From the NCBI RefSeq assembly GCF_001194135.2, contig NC_068990.1:31056476-31120475 (forward strand): 64,000 bases of DNA, written 5' to 3'. The notes below the pieces were generated by a model. The model ran no database searches. It was not told the DNA's origin and saw only the letters and a list, made by a program, of their open reading frames with translations. A program made the position numbers and the translations under genes. Positions 13,791-26,472 of this stretch are shown piece after piece (position 1 is the stretch's first letter; every line of letters begins with the position of its first letter). This stretch comes from Octopus bimaculoides. Lineage: Eukaryota.

Positions 13791-14834
13791 TGGTAGTAGT
13801 AGTAGTAATAGTAGTAGTAGTATAATATAACTTTTATATAACTTTTATATTTATTATGGCAGCCTTTTTGCATGAGCAGAATATCAATGACTGGTGATTC
13901 AATCAAGTTTGAAAAATCATGCAGCACTTACAGAAAATGTATTGAAGCTGAGAAAAACAATATATTTACCTGCAAACCCTTGACCAACAGCTCTTCTTGT
14001 GTTACTTGTTGTACCGGAGATTTATGTAACAAGAATGATTTATTTGGTAAGTAATTTTTCTGATATAATTGCACCGAGTTACTGCAGATTAATGGTTAAT
14101 AAAAAAAAATGTATTATAATTTGTATATAAAAAATTCTTTATGGCAATTATACATGTAACACATGGAATGGTAAACAACAAGTGTCAATAATGTCATGGC
14201 ATTTAAAAAAAAAAACATGAACTTTTCCAAAAGACCAGATTTAATTCTGGAAAAATATCACCTAAAATTATTTACACAGCATAACTACAATGATATTCTC
14301 CTCTGCATACATGCACATGCACTACATTATTATTGTTTATGTCATTGTTACTTTGTTTCATATGAGCTATTCCAAGCCTCACTCAAAGACTTCAAGTAAC
14401 AGCAAGTTGAATGTTTTACAATGGGTGTTATTTATGATTAGCAGTGATATACTGTGTTGGAAGGAGACGAGAATCTGAGAATTAAGATTCTGTTAAATTT
14501 GTAATATTTCAGATTTTTAAAGAGTTTTAAGAGAGTTAGGTATTTCAAAATGGCAATGTCTTTCTTATGATATGGTAAGTTCTCGCTAGAACAATTTTCT
14601 TATAGTATTTAAGAATGTCATTTGGCATTGTCCCCAAAGCTCCAATGATCACAGGTACAGTTCTTGTTCTTAGATACTACGTTTTTCAGACCTCTATTGT
14701 AAGGTTCTTATAATTACTTAACTTCTCAAATGTTTCTACAAAAGTGTTGCAGTCTGCTAGGATTGAGCACACAGGTTTGGTCAATATGATTTTCTACCAC
14801 AATATCTGGTCTAATGGCTTATATAGCATGATCA

Positions 14835-14865
<31 letters not shown>

Positions 14866-16174
14866 TCTGGGGTTAATCTCTGGGTTAAATTTGACAGAAG
14901 AAATGAATTGCATGATGTACAAGCATTGGCAGGATGGATTAATTTTGAATGATAAAAGCCTCCCTTGACTCTGAAATACTCACTTTACCGTTCTTGCAGA
15001 TTTACCTACCTACATACCTACCTATCTTACTACAATCCTCCTTCCTTCCTTTCTTCCTCCTTCCTTCCTTTCTTCCTTCTTCCTTCCTTCCTTCCTTCCT
15101 CCCTTCCTTCCTTGTATTTACCTTTCAGTACATCTATAACATATGTCTTATTATGCAATGTCTTTGTTCCATTTTTATATCTTTTCATAGGTTTCTCAAG
15201 GTCCTTTCATTTTCATTTGGATTACACAATAAATTCGACAACTTATAACTGGAGCAGGAATCCCATTGAGTTTAAAAACACATTTGGAATTAGACTTACT
15301 GCTGTGAGTATCTGATTCCCTCTTTTTCTTTTGCTACCCATATAATTTGTTTGGTAAAAAACACTTTTGATATTTTCAAATATCAAAGTTATTTGATATT
15401 TGAAGTTTCACCTAATATGTTTTTCAAAAAAATCATAACCTTTAATCACTGAAACCAAATCTACAGCTGCCTCCAACTTTAAGAAATTAACTACTTTCAT
15501 CAAGAATTTAAGCATGCAAGTTATCTTCAGGCTTGAAAATTCATGCTATTTTATGATAATTCTGTTTAGATTAAACAGTCTGTCAACATCTTTTGAAACC
15601 AGTATAGGATCAATGCACTTACTAGTTGTTACTGACCATGGTGTGTGTGGGCATATATTTGTGCCTACTTAACCACTATATATACTTAGTTTTATCATGG
15701 AGACATAAAATCGTGAGTACATTAAAATATTTTCACCCAGTGATCTATCCAAATAGGAAAAGTTTCACCTGCTACACAGACTCATATCCATGAAATTTGA
15801 GAAATCAACTAATCACATGGTATAAATTGTATGGAACATACACCAATTTCAATGCATTTTATATCCAGCAAATTTTAAAGTAATTTGACCTTGTTTTAAA
15901 TGACATCAGTTGTAAAGAATATATTCAGCATTACTAATTACAAAAATCACATTTTATTCAATAGAAAGGTATATTTAATTACCTTACTATAACAATATAT
16001 CATGGGACCCTCAATTGTAGGGACAATATCAGTGCCTAACTAACTCTTGCATAAGTCTAATCAAAATAAGTTGCAACTTGGGTTACACCTTGTTCCATAG
16101 TAACATATGGACAAGCTGAATTTTCCCCATACAATTTTTACCCCATTGTTTTGATACCAATCCTTTTCGAAGTC

Positions 16175-16232
<58 letters not shown>

Positions 16233-16412
16233 ATGCGTGCATGTGTGTATATGTGTAAGGCACAGACATGACTGTGTGGTAAGAAGATTGCTTCCCAACC
16301 ACATGGTTCTGGGTTCAGTCCCATTGCGTAGCACTTTGGACAAGTGTCTTCTGCTATAGCCACAGGCTGACCAAAGCCTTGTGAAACAGAAAGAAACTGA
16401 AAGAAGCCTATC

Positions 16413-16468
<56 letters not shown>

Positions 16469-19137
16469 GTTTGTGTCTTTGTGTTTGTCCCCCATCACCG
16501 TTTGACGACTGGTGTTGGTGTGTTTACATCCCTGTAACTTAGCAGTTTAGCAAAAGAGACCAATAGAATAAGTACTAGGGTTACAAAGAATAAGTCCTGT
16601 GGTCGATTTCTTTGACTAAAATTCTTTCAGGTGATGCTCCAGCATGGCCACAGTCAAATGAGTGAAACTAGTAAAAGGAAAAAGAATATGCACACACATG
16701 TGTGTATATATAACTATACACATGCACACACACATCCTGTGTGTGCACGCGTACATGCATGTGAGTTTTTTATGGGTTAAATATAAATGCCAGCTCAGTG
16801 CCTGGTGTGAGTAAGACCACCAAAAACTGCAATGTGAAAAAGATTTGAGAAAACAACCATAAGGCCCATATCCATCATGTAGATTAACAAGAGACATATT
16901 CATGCCTTAGGTAGAAGGGCTGTTTGAAAAATATATTACAGTCACCACCAATACTGGTGTAACCAGCAATGAGCCTTGTTCAGGCATTGTGGGATGGGAG
17001 CACAAAGGATGCATTGTCCTAGTACTTTGAAGCAGGTCCAAAAGGGAAACCATTAATAATTGGGAAGTGGAATGTCACAACCCTTTCAGGTAAAGAGCAG
17101 GAACTAATGGAGTAAGCTAAATGCTACCTGCAAGATATAGCCAAAGTTTCCTCCAGAAAATTCCTTAGCTCTGGAACTGTAGATTTAGATGGAAGGTGGT
17201 TACTCTACTATTCAGAGGGGATGCACAGATGGGAGTGAGGACAGCCCTGACTGTCAGATTATGCTATGGAGTGGATCCCACTAGGTAAGAGAGTTTGCAT
17301 TCCAAAGCTCTGGGTTAAGAAAAGACGACTGTGGTTGTTGCAGATATATGCACCAAACAGTGAGTCTAAATACAGATCTTTCCTTGACAATGTCACTACA
17401 GATTTAGTTGTAGTTAAGACAGAGTAATTTGTCTTACAAGGAGACATCAAAGCACATGTTGGCACTGATCACCAGACATTTTAAAGAATTGACTGAAAGG
17501 AATGGCGATCCTGCACTCAATGTGAATGGAGAAACCTTATGAGAGTTCTGCACTGGAAAAGGATTCCCCATTATGAACACATGCTTCCAGCACAAGAATA
17601 TCTATTAGCACACGTGACACAGGATATTTTGAGATCACTGATAGATTTTGTTATCATCAACTTCTTTGATTCTGTGCTTGCTGGACATTATTGTAAAGAG
17701 TGGGATAGAGCTATCAGCTGATCACCACCTAGTTGTCGGTAACCTGAAGATATCTATAGCAGAGAGAACTCACAAAACTAAATCCAGTCCGACTTACACG
17801 ATAAAGTGGGAAGACCTATTGGATGATGGTATCAGAGACAAACAAATATGCAGACACTATTGCATCCAAATTCAGAGACCTTCCAAAACAAACTTAAATT
17901 CCTGAGGATGTCAAAAGGAGGTGGAGAAGTGAAATACCTCTGAATAAATAATGTACTCCATACAGTAAAAAGTAAGATGCAAACAAAACTGCTACAATTA
18001 ATTGTTATATAAATAGACATTTTAAAACAACGATGTACTTGTAATACCATTAGAGTTAATTATAAGACCAGAATTTAAATAGTAATGCTATCACCTTCAA
18101 CTGAATACCAATGCAGGAAGGTTGCTTGAATTAGTTCACTTTGAAAGCGTTGTAAGTGATGGACCCTTGATGAAATTGCAGCTACTAGGATGCATAATTG
18201 CATACGGAGCAATGTGCAGTTACTGCAGCAGAAACATATGTTGGTCATTGTAATATATATTGTAGAAAACCTTTTAATAAAAAGTTTTGGATGTGATTAA
18301 ATCTCCACTCTCCTCTTGGTTTTCAATTATCATCATCATCATCGTTTAACCTCCAGCTTCCATGCTAGCATGGGTGAGACAGTTTCACAAGAGCTGGCCA
18401 GGCAGAAGCCTGCACCAAATTTCTGTGACTGTTTTGGCAGGATTTTTACATCTGGATGCCTTTCCTAACACCAACCACTCAGCAGATAGGACTTAGTGCT
18501 TTTTACATGGCACAAGCACAGGCGAAGTCAGTTTTGGCAAGGTTTTTACAGCTGGATACCCTTCCAAACACCAACCACTTTACAGTATGGACTGGGTGCT
18601 TTTAAGTGGCATCTGCACTGACAGAGTTACCAAGTACTTGGAAGACAAAAAAAAAAACCTTTCAAGAGGGGAGGGGGCATTGGAGGAGGTGATCTTGTGT
18701 CAGATGATAAAAGGTTATAGTTAGACAAAGAGACAGAAAAAGGTGTCTTGTAGAGGAAGTACAAGGTTACTTGGCCAGAGAGAGAGAGAGATCAGGAATA
18801 AAGGCAGAAACAAGTGCACTACCACAAAGGAAATACATGGTTACCTAACCTGAGGGAAGTGCAGGAGAAGGAAAGAGAGAGTGGGAGACAGCAGGATAGA
18901 GATCAAAAGAATGTTTGTTTTGTCAAGAACTTGACTGTCAGTTAAACACACATTTCAAATCTGATGATTACTCTGTGTATTAAAGCACTAATTTAACTTT
19001 ATGAGCATTACAAAATATTTTTTCAATGTTAAAATACCATAATAAAAAACGTGAAAACCAGACCATGTTTTAACTTTATTCAACTGTGAGACACACGAAC
19101 GCACACATTTATGTATCTCTCTCTCTTNNNNNNNNNN

Positions 19138-19188
<51 letters not shown>

Positions 19189-22100
19189 TATACACATATA
19201 TACATATATATATACACACACACATTTATATATATTCAGGACATGCAAATGGAATTGGAATCAAAACTTGCAGGTTCAATCAAAGTTGAGTATTGTGGGT
19301 AAGCATAATGCATTTACCAATTTTATACAACTTTTATTTATTTTTGTTCCCAGTAATTTTCTATTGTAGGTATGTATTAAGTATTACCATAACTAAGAAT
19401 GTTCCACTACTGACCCACAATTTATGTATTTGCAACTTCAAGAAATGCACCATTGATAACAACATTTGGTGTGAAACACCTACATACCTACTGTTCATTA
19501 ATTATTTGTTTTGTAAGGTTATCCCTTGATGCAAACATGGAATTGAGGTGGAATATATAGTTATTTTAGACATTAGAGTACATAATTTTTATACATGTAG
19601 TATATATATGTGACATAAATTATTACTTTCAGGTGTTAATTTATAATATATATCTCGCTGGTGTTACGTGATTGACTAAATATCCTTTGGAGATAAAATT
19701 GCCCAAATAGACATAGCAGAAAATATCTTGAATTACCTTGTTTGAGAAGAACAGGTGGAAGTTACTTGGTAATATAACTGTCCATATCATCAACCAGCAA
19801 GTGATAAAATATGGAGTTTGAGTCACTCTAGTTATAATGTATTTAAGGCTTATAATACTTGATGTCATACATGTCTATGCATGTAAGTGATTCCTTCACT
19901 ATAAAATAATTTATCTCCATGTATCACACTAAAAATAAGTGAGCCCAGTGAAGCACATTTTCATTGGCATGAAATTGTATGTCAGAAATCATATCCCACT
20001 GTCTGAAAATCATTGAAGAAGATAATTAATTAAAATAAACCTAGATAATAATTTTTTCTTAAACGGTTTGCTCAGTACTGCAATGGCTGAGGAAAAATGT
20101 ATTCATCCAAGATTCATTTAAGCCTGGATCTAAAATCAGCCATCATTCACATTACTGTTACTGATGCTATAATTGTCACTGGAGTGGAAGCGCAATGGCC
20201 CAGTGGTTAGGGCAGTGGACTCACGGTCATAGGATCACAGTTTCGATTCCCAGACCGGGCGTTGTGAGTGTTTATTGAGCGAAAACACCTAAAGCTCCAC
20301 GAGGCTCCGGCAGGGGATGGTGGAGAACCCTGCTGTACTCTTTCACCACAACTTTCTCTCACTCTTACTTCCTGTTTCTGATGTGCCTGTAATTAAAAGG
20401 GCCAACCTTGTCACACTGTGTCACGCTGAATATCCCTGAGAACTACGTTAAGGGTACACGTATCTGTGGAGTGCTCAGCCACTTGCACATTAATTTCACG
20501 AGCAGGCTGTTCCTTTGATCGGATCAACTGGAACCCTCGACGTCGTAAGCGACGGAGTGCCAACAATCGTCACTGGATCCTGTTCTTGATGTTGCTGTTC
20601 TCTTGTTTAACTTGTTTGAGCACACCAAAACACCAAATATAGTCATGGTTGTAGAAAGTGCATACACCTTGCCTTCTATTCTAAATATATCAAATATCAA
20701 TTAGTTCAGGGACCATGAAGTACACTCCACCACACAGTGTTTAGGTGTGTGTTGTAGAATATAGTGTGTTTGTTTAATCATTAAGAGAGTAGCTATATCA
20801 AAATAATGTAAAGAAAATATGGTTGGTACACATCAGTTTTGTTGCATTGGTATTCAATATAGACAAAGGAAAGTTTAACTGAACTTTCTGTTTAGTGTTA
20901 TATGATAGTGAAATTTAGATTTCTGTTATTAGAACCAGATAGTCTTTCTTAAAACTAGGTGGATTACTGCATACTTAAAAATCTGCTGAATTTTGTTATT
21001 GCTATCTTTTCAAAATCCTGTTTCAGATTATACCAAAATCAAGTAATGTTTAATATTTACTGCACAGTGCTCAAAAACATTTCTGAATACGACCATCGTA
21101 GAAATATAAGCACTATTCTGGCTCAATCAAAGAAATTTGACATGCTAATTAGAACTCAAATAGCTAGCGGAGGTGAGTGGTGTAGTTTGTATTATATTAT
21201 CAATATCATTATCACACCCTTAATTCTCCTCCTCACTTCCCCCCATCCTCATCATTATTTTCAGTATGGTATTATAGTACTGATGGTGGGTATATATATG
21301 TGCATGTGTGTGTGAGCATATGTATGTATGTTTATATTTATGTATGTATATATAGGTTTGTTAGGAAAAGCAAGAGAACTAGGACTTATCATATATGAGT
21401 ATATATATAATTTGATTTAGTAATAAAATTTACATAAATGACATAAGCACAAAGAATTTCATGCATTACACTTATCAAATTAACTTAATGTTCATTAAAT
21501 CACTCTTGATATACTGTTGGATTATAGTTTTTCCTGGAATAGTTAGTAAAAATATTATTGGAGAGCTATGCAATAATAAATTTCAAAGTTTGCCCATTAA
21601 GTATGGTAGGTGGAAGATAAAAATAAAATATAGTGAATAATAATTTTTCCTAGACTTGTTAGTAAGAAATATTACGATAATTAAGCTGTGGGGTAAGTAA
21701 GCTAATGAGGTGTGGAGTAAATAAAATAGATGATAGCTGCTACATGTATTTTCGTTTTCTTAAGGACTAGCCCAAATAGACATTCTACAATAATTAATTC
21801 ATAGGAAAAAGAGAATCATGTATTACTGATGTTTTTTATAACCTGTTCAGCAGTGGTTTGTATTTTTTAATAAAAGAACTTTCCTTGCTAGTTCTTGTTT
21901 GTTCTGGAGTATTGTCTGGAAAGACAATAAATTTCAGAGATTTGATTTCTGTGCATATGTTCAGATGTTCACTGAGTGGAATTTGTCTTGTTTTGGGATC
22001 ATGTATTCGTTGACAATGAATATTTAGTCTCATTCTTAAAGTGGGTTTAGTTTGTCCAGCGTAGTCTTCCCTGCACCCATTGTATTTAATGACATAAATT

Positions 22101-25100
22101 AAATTCTTTAAAGAACAAGTAAACTGTCTTTTCATAGTAAAAGCTTGTGCTGATCTAAATTTGTTAGCATTGTCCTCAATAAAGTTCTCACATATTCTAC
22201 AGTTGGATCAGCCATACTTTTCAACTGTTGGAATTGAATTCATAGTTAGTAGTTTCACATTGGTAAGTAAATTTTATGGACTTTGGTTGCCTTTTGCATT
22301 TCATTATTTTGTACTATTCAAGTACCTTTTTGATTCTTGGATTTAGCTTCAATAACGGGATGTTCTGATGGATAATGCTGAATGTTTCTATGTTTCTTGG
22401 ATTATGTGTTGTTATTATAAATAGAGTTCTAGGTGTATCTAAACTGTTTTTGGCTCTTTGCACTTCTTCAATGTTTAATACATTGGCACTTTCTGTTCTA
22501 TTTTCAATTAGAGTAGACATACTTTCTTTCAAGTATGCCTGTTTTAATTCAAGGAATATCTTATTCTGAACATCCAGATTGAAAACAATTGTTCGGATTC
22601 TTCTAGTTAGGTTATGTGGAATATTGGATTTGATATGTTTTGAGTGACATGAAAAAATTGTTAGTAATGTTTACAGTCTGTTAGTTTGTAGTAGATGTCT
22701 TTTGGCATGTTCATGTCAGTCTTAATAATCAAAATTTCAAGGAAGGGTAGTTGTTTATTGTTAAATACGGTGGTGAACTGAATTCTGTTATTGATACTAC
22801 TGAGTAGGAATTTGAAATTATTGAATTCATTAAGATTGTATGTTCACAGAATAAGGCAGTCATCTAAGTAACATTTCCAGTTTTTCACCTGATAACTTTT
22901 GTAAGTTGATATCATACCTTGTTTTGGTTTGTTCATACATTTGAGCATCTAGACAAGTTATGAAAAAGTTGGCATATGTTGGGGCAACTTTTTTGCCTAT
23001 CACAGTTCTTGATATTTGTTGGTAGGAGTTTTTCTTGAAAATGAAGAAGTTGTTTTGAAGGATGAATTTTATTCTCTCTATGTGAATTGTTGATCAGTTC
23101 GGACTGGAATTTCATCAGGGCATTTTCTTAGCTAAAAAACTATGAGATTCCAGTTTTTGGGTAAGAAAATCATTTTTGGCTGACCTGACCTTCCAGTGTC
23201 TGAAACACAATCAAGCTTGTAACTATGGTCACTGGGCAATTACACCATCTCAGTTCAGTCAAATAATACTCTGCAGAAACACAACAATATATCAGAACGC
23301 ACACTGCATGCACTGTACAGAATAGCCACACAGCAATATATCATAACCTACACAACACATACTGTTCAGATTAGCAACCCTACAATATATTGCAATACAC
23401 GAGATATATACCTCACACAATCACCACTCAATAAAATAACAAAAAACATACAATTGTATACACTCAATACTGTAATACATCTTGCTATCAACTTGCATAA
23501 CTCACATTCTACACAACTTCCACAGAATAAAACAACACATGCAATTTGTACAGCACATAATCTGCATTACCAGACACTTTAAAACATGTAACATAGCCCA
23601 CATAGCACATAATCTGAACAATATCAGGCATTCTAAAATGTGTAGCACAATCTTCACAGTATATAATATACACAGAGGAGACATTAAAGAGAAATAACAA
23701 AATAATAGAAATGCAAAAGGGATATAGTCTACAAGCACAATTCTACACCACATACATTTCTTATTGAGAGCATGTATGTTACAACTATACATACTCCTTA
23801 CATATGTGAATAAGGAAGTAAATATCTCTTTCCTTAGATATTCTGAAAGGGAAATGAATAAAATTAGTTTGATGTGATGAACTCTTTTCCAGAGAATTCA
23901 TTAATAATTTGGTAACAGAGTTAAGACTAAAACTAACTTGATGATGACTACTCAATAATTAGAAAATGTCCTTCTGTTAAATATTCAGAATATTATGTTA
24001 CTATGCAAAAATATTGCTCCATATATTTTGGTAATATACTGTGTTACATTGCCCTCAGAAAGTCAACACATCTATATATTATTAATATTATTATAACTAT
24101 TAATCTTATAAACAGTATCCTAATGATGATACTACTACTATATTAATTGAAACATAAGTACTTGCTTACTCATGTTTACTAATGTTCATGTATTTTCCAG
24201 TATATTAACCGCACTAATGATTTTCTAATATATATCATCATCATCATCATCATCATCATCGTTTAATGTCCACTTTCCATACTAGCATGGGTTGGACGAT
24301 TTGACTGAGGACTGGCAAGCCAGAAGGCTGCACCAGGCTCCAATCTGATCTGGCAGAGTTTCTACAGCTGGATGCCCTTCCTAACGCCAACCACTCCGAG
24401 AGTGTAGTGGGTGCTTTTACGTGCCACCGGCACGAGGGCCAGTCACATGGTACTGGCAATGGCCACGCTCAAAAAGGTGTTTTTTGTGTGCCACCTGCAT
24501 GGGAGCCAGTCCAGCGGCACTGGCAATGGCCTTGCTCGAATGATTTTCTAACATGCCACCAGCACAAGTGCTAGAAGGCGACGCTGGTAACGATTATGCT
24601 CAAATGGTGCTATTTACAGGCCACTAGCATGAAAGCCAGACAGCTGCTCTGGCAATGAACACGCTCGGACAGTGCTGTTAGTGTTCCACTGGCACAGGTG
24701 CCAGTCATCGAGTATGGTTCAATTACGATTTTGATTTCACTTGCCCCAACAGGTCTTCGCGAGCACGATTTCTGCTGTGAAAGTACTACATCAACTAACA
24801 AAGAAACATTGTATTGGCAAGTAACTAAAACAGGAACAACTGTGAGGATTCCATGTCATGGAAATGTGGCAACAAGACAATGGTATGTCTGCATTTTTAT
24901 TTTCCTTTAATTTTGAGTCTTCAGTTGCATCTTTTTGTGAGAGAATTCTACATGATAGCGATAATGAGAGAAAGTTATATATATATTATAATAAGTAGTA
25001 TATATAATAGGTAAAACACTTGATACAAGAATGCTGCATGGTAGAAATTGTGAGGTAACACTACATGGTAGACATTGTGAGAGAACATTTAGTGGTACAG

Positions 25101-26430
25101 ATTATGAGCAAATGTTTCACGGGATAGATTGTAAGAAAGGTTACATGATAGAGAATCTAAGAGAATGCTGTATGGTAGAGATTGTGAGAGAATATTGTAT
25201 CGTTTGGTAAATAAACAACCTTATGTGATTAAGATGACTAAATTATGTTCATGAGTTCAGCTATTTTATATTTTGTCAAGAAGCTGGTATAATCAATAAT
25301 GTTAATACACCAGCTTGTTCTTTTTGTATGTACCTGTGGTGTGTGTCACATTTCCTTCAGAGGAAGAAGTGAGTGGCAAAGTGAGAGAGAGGAGAATAGA
25401 GAGGAAGTAAAAGAGAGAGAGAGAGTGAAAGACAGTGAGTGGTGATGGCATTCATTTTGTGTTTTTAAATGTTTATCACATCGCAAGTAAAGTAGATACA
25501 TAGATCAAAAGAAAAGTTGATACATAGATACATAGACACATCGTTAAATCAAAGACAACTACAGTAAATATTGGATGTCACTTTCACTTTTCATTACCAC
25601 ACGAGGATAAAATTAACTCGCAAGTGGCTGAGTACTCCACAGACATGCATACCGTTAACGTTGTTCACAGAAAGATTCAATCTCACACAGAATATAACGA
25701 GGCTGGCCCCTTTCAATTACAGCTACAACTTATTTTGGCCAGCTGAGAGGACTGGAACAGGATAAACCTTCAGGTGGTTGCAAGAAAATGAAAAAAGATC
25801 CTATATAGGGGCAGGAAAATCTTTTTAGTTGTTAGGGTCACTATGGGTTTTAATCCGGTCCTAACAGTGGCATTTGAGGGTTTCACTTTTGCCGGCTGAG
25901 TGGACTGCAGCAAGGTGAAGTAGAGTACCTTACTCAAGAACACAGCGTGCTGCCAGGAATCATACTCGTGACTTGGTCGAATACCCCTAACCACTGAGCC
26001 ACGCACCGTCACTCTCTTAACCATAGAGTAAAGGAGTGAAGCAATAGAGACAGAGAAAGGAAAGCATCAGTCATTTACAATAACAATTAGACTGAAATAT
26101 GATCGATCTTTTCTAGCTTCTTTAGTTTTAACAATGAAGAAGAGGGAAAGACATTTAGTAATGAATAGAGGGAAAGACTTTCCAGTGTTTACATTTTTAT
26201 TCTGGGTGTTCTAGAACAATGGGTGTTAGTTCTCTCTTCTTTCCCCCACCCCTAGTACTTATTCGCCTTCTTTCATAATTCTTTATGTCTTTTAGTTGGC
26301 AGGAAAGATCATGTTTTCTTTTTCAGGCACATTTAACGTTTTCTTTACAAACTACAAACAATCTTCCCTGTTCCCTTTCTTTTTTTCCTTTTTTTTCATA
26401 CAAAAACTAATGCAAATTTCGTTAGCCCAT

Positions 26431-26472
<42 letters not shown>

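Noticed and set aside
19270-19290. AGSIKV as a SEA autoproteolysis site (GSVVV-like)
   Set aside because: By my alignment it falls before strand beta-2, while the canonical beta-2/beta-3 loop reads GLYQNQVMF. It is unproven without a structure model.
23270-23810. CRISPR-like or structured repeat array
   Set aside because: This is A/C-rich degenerate low-complexity sequence with no constant repeat and unique spacers, and the context is eukaryotic.
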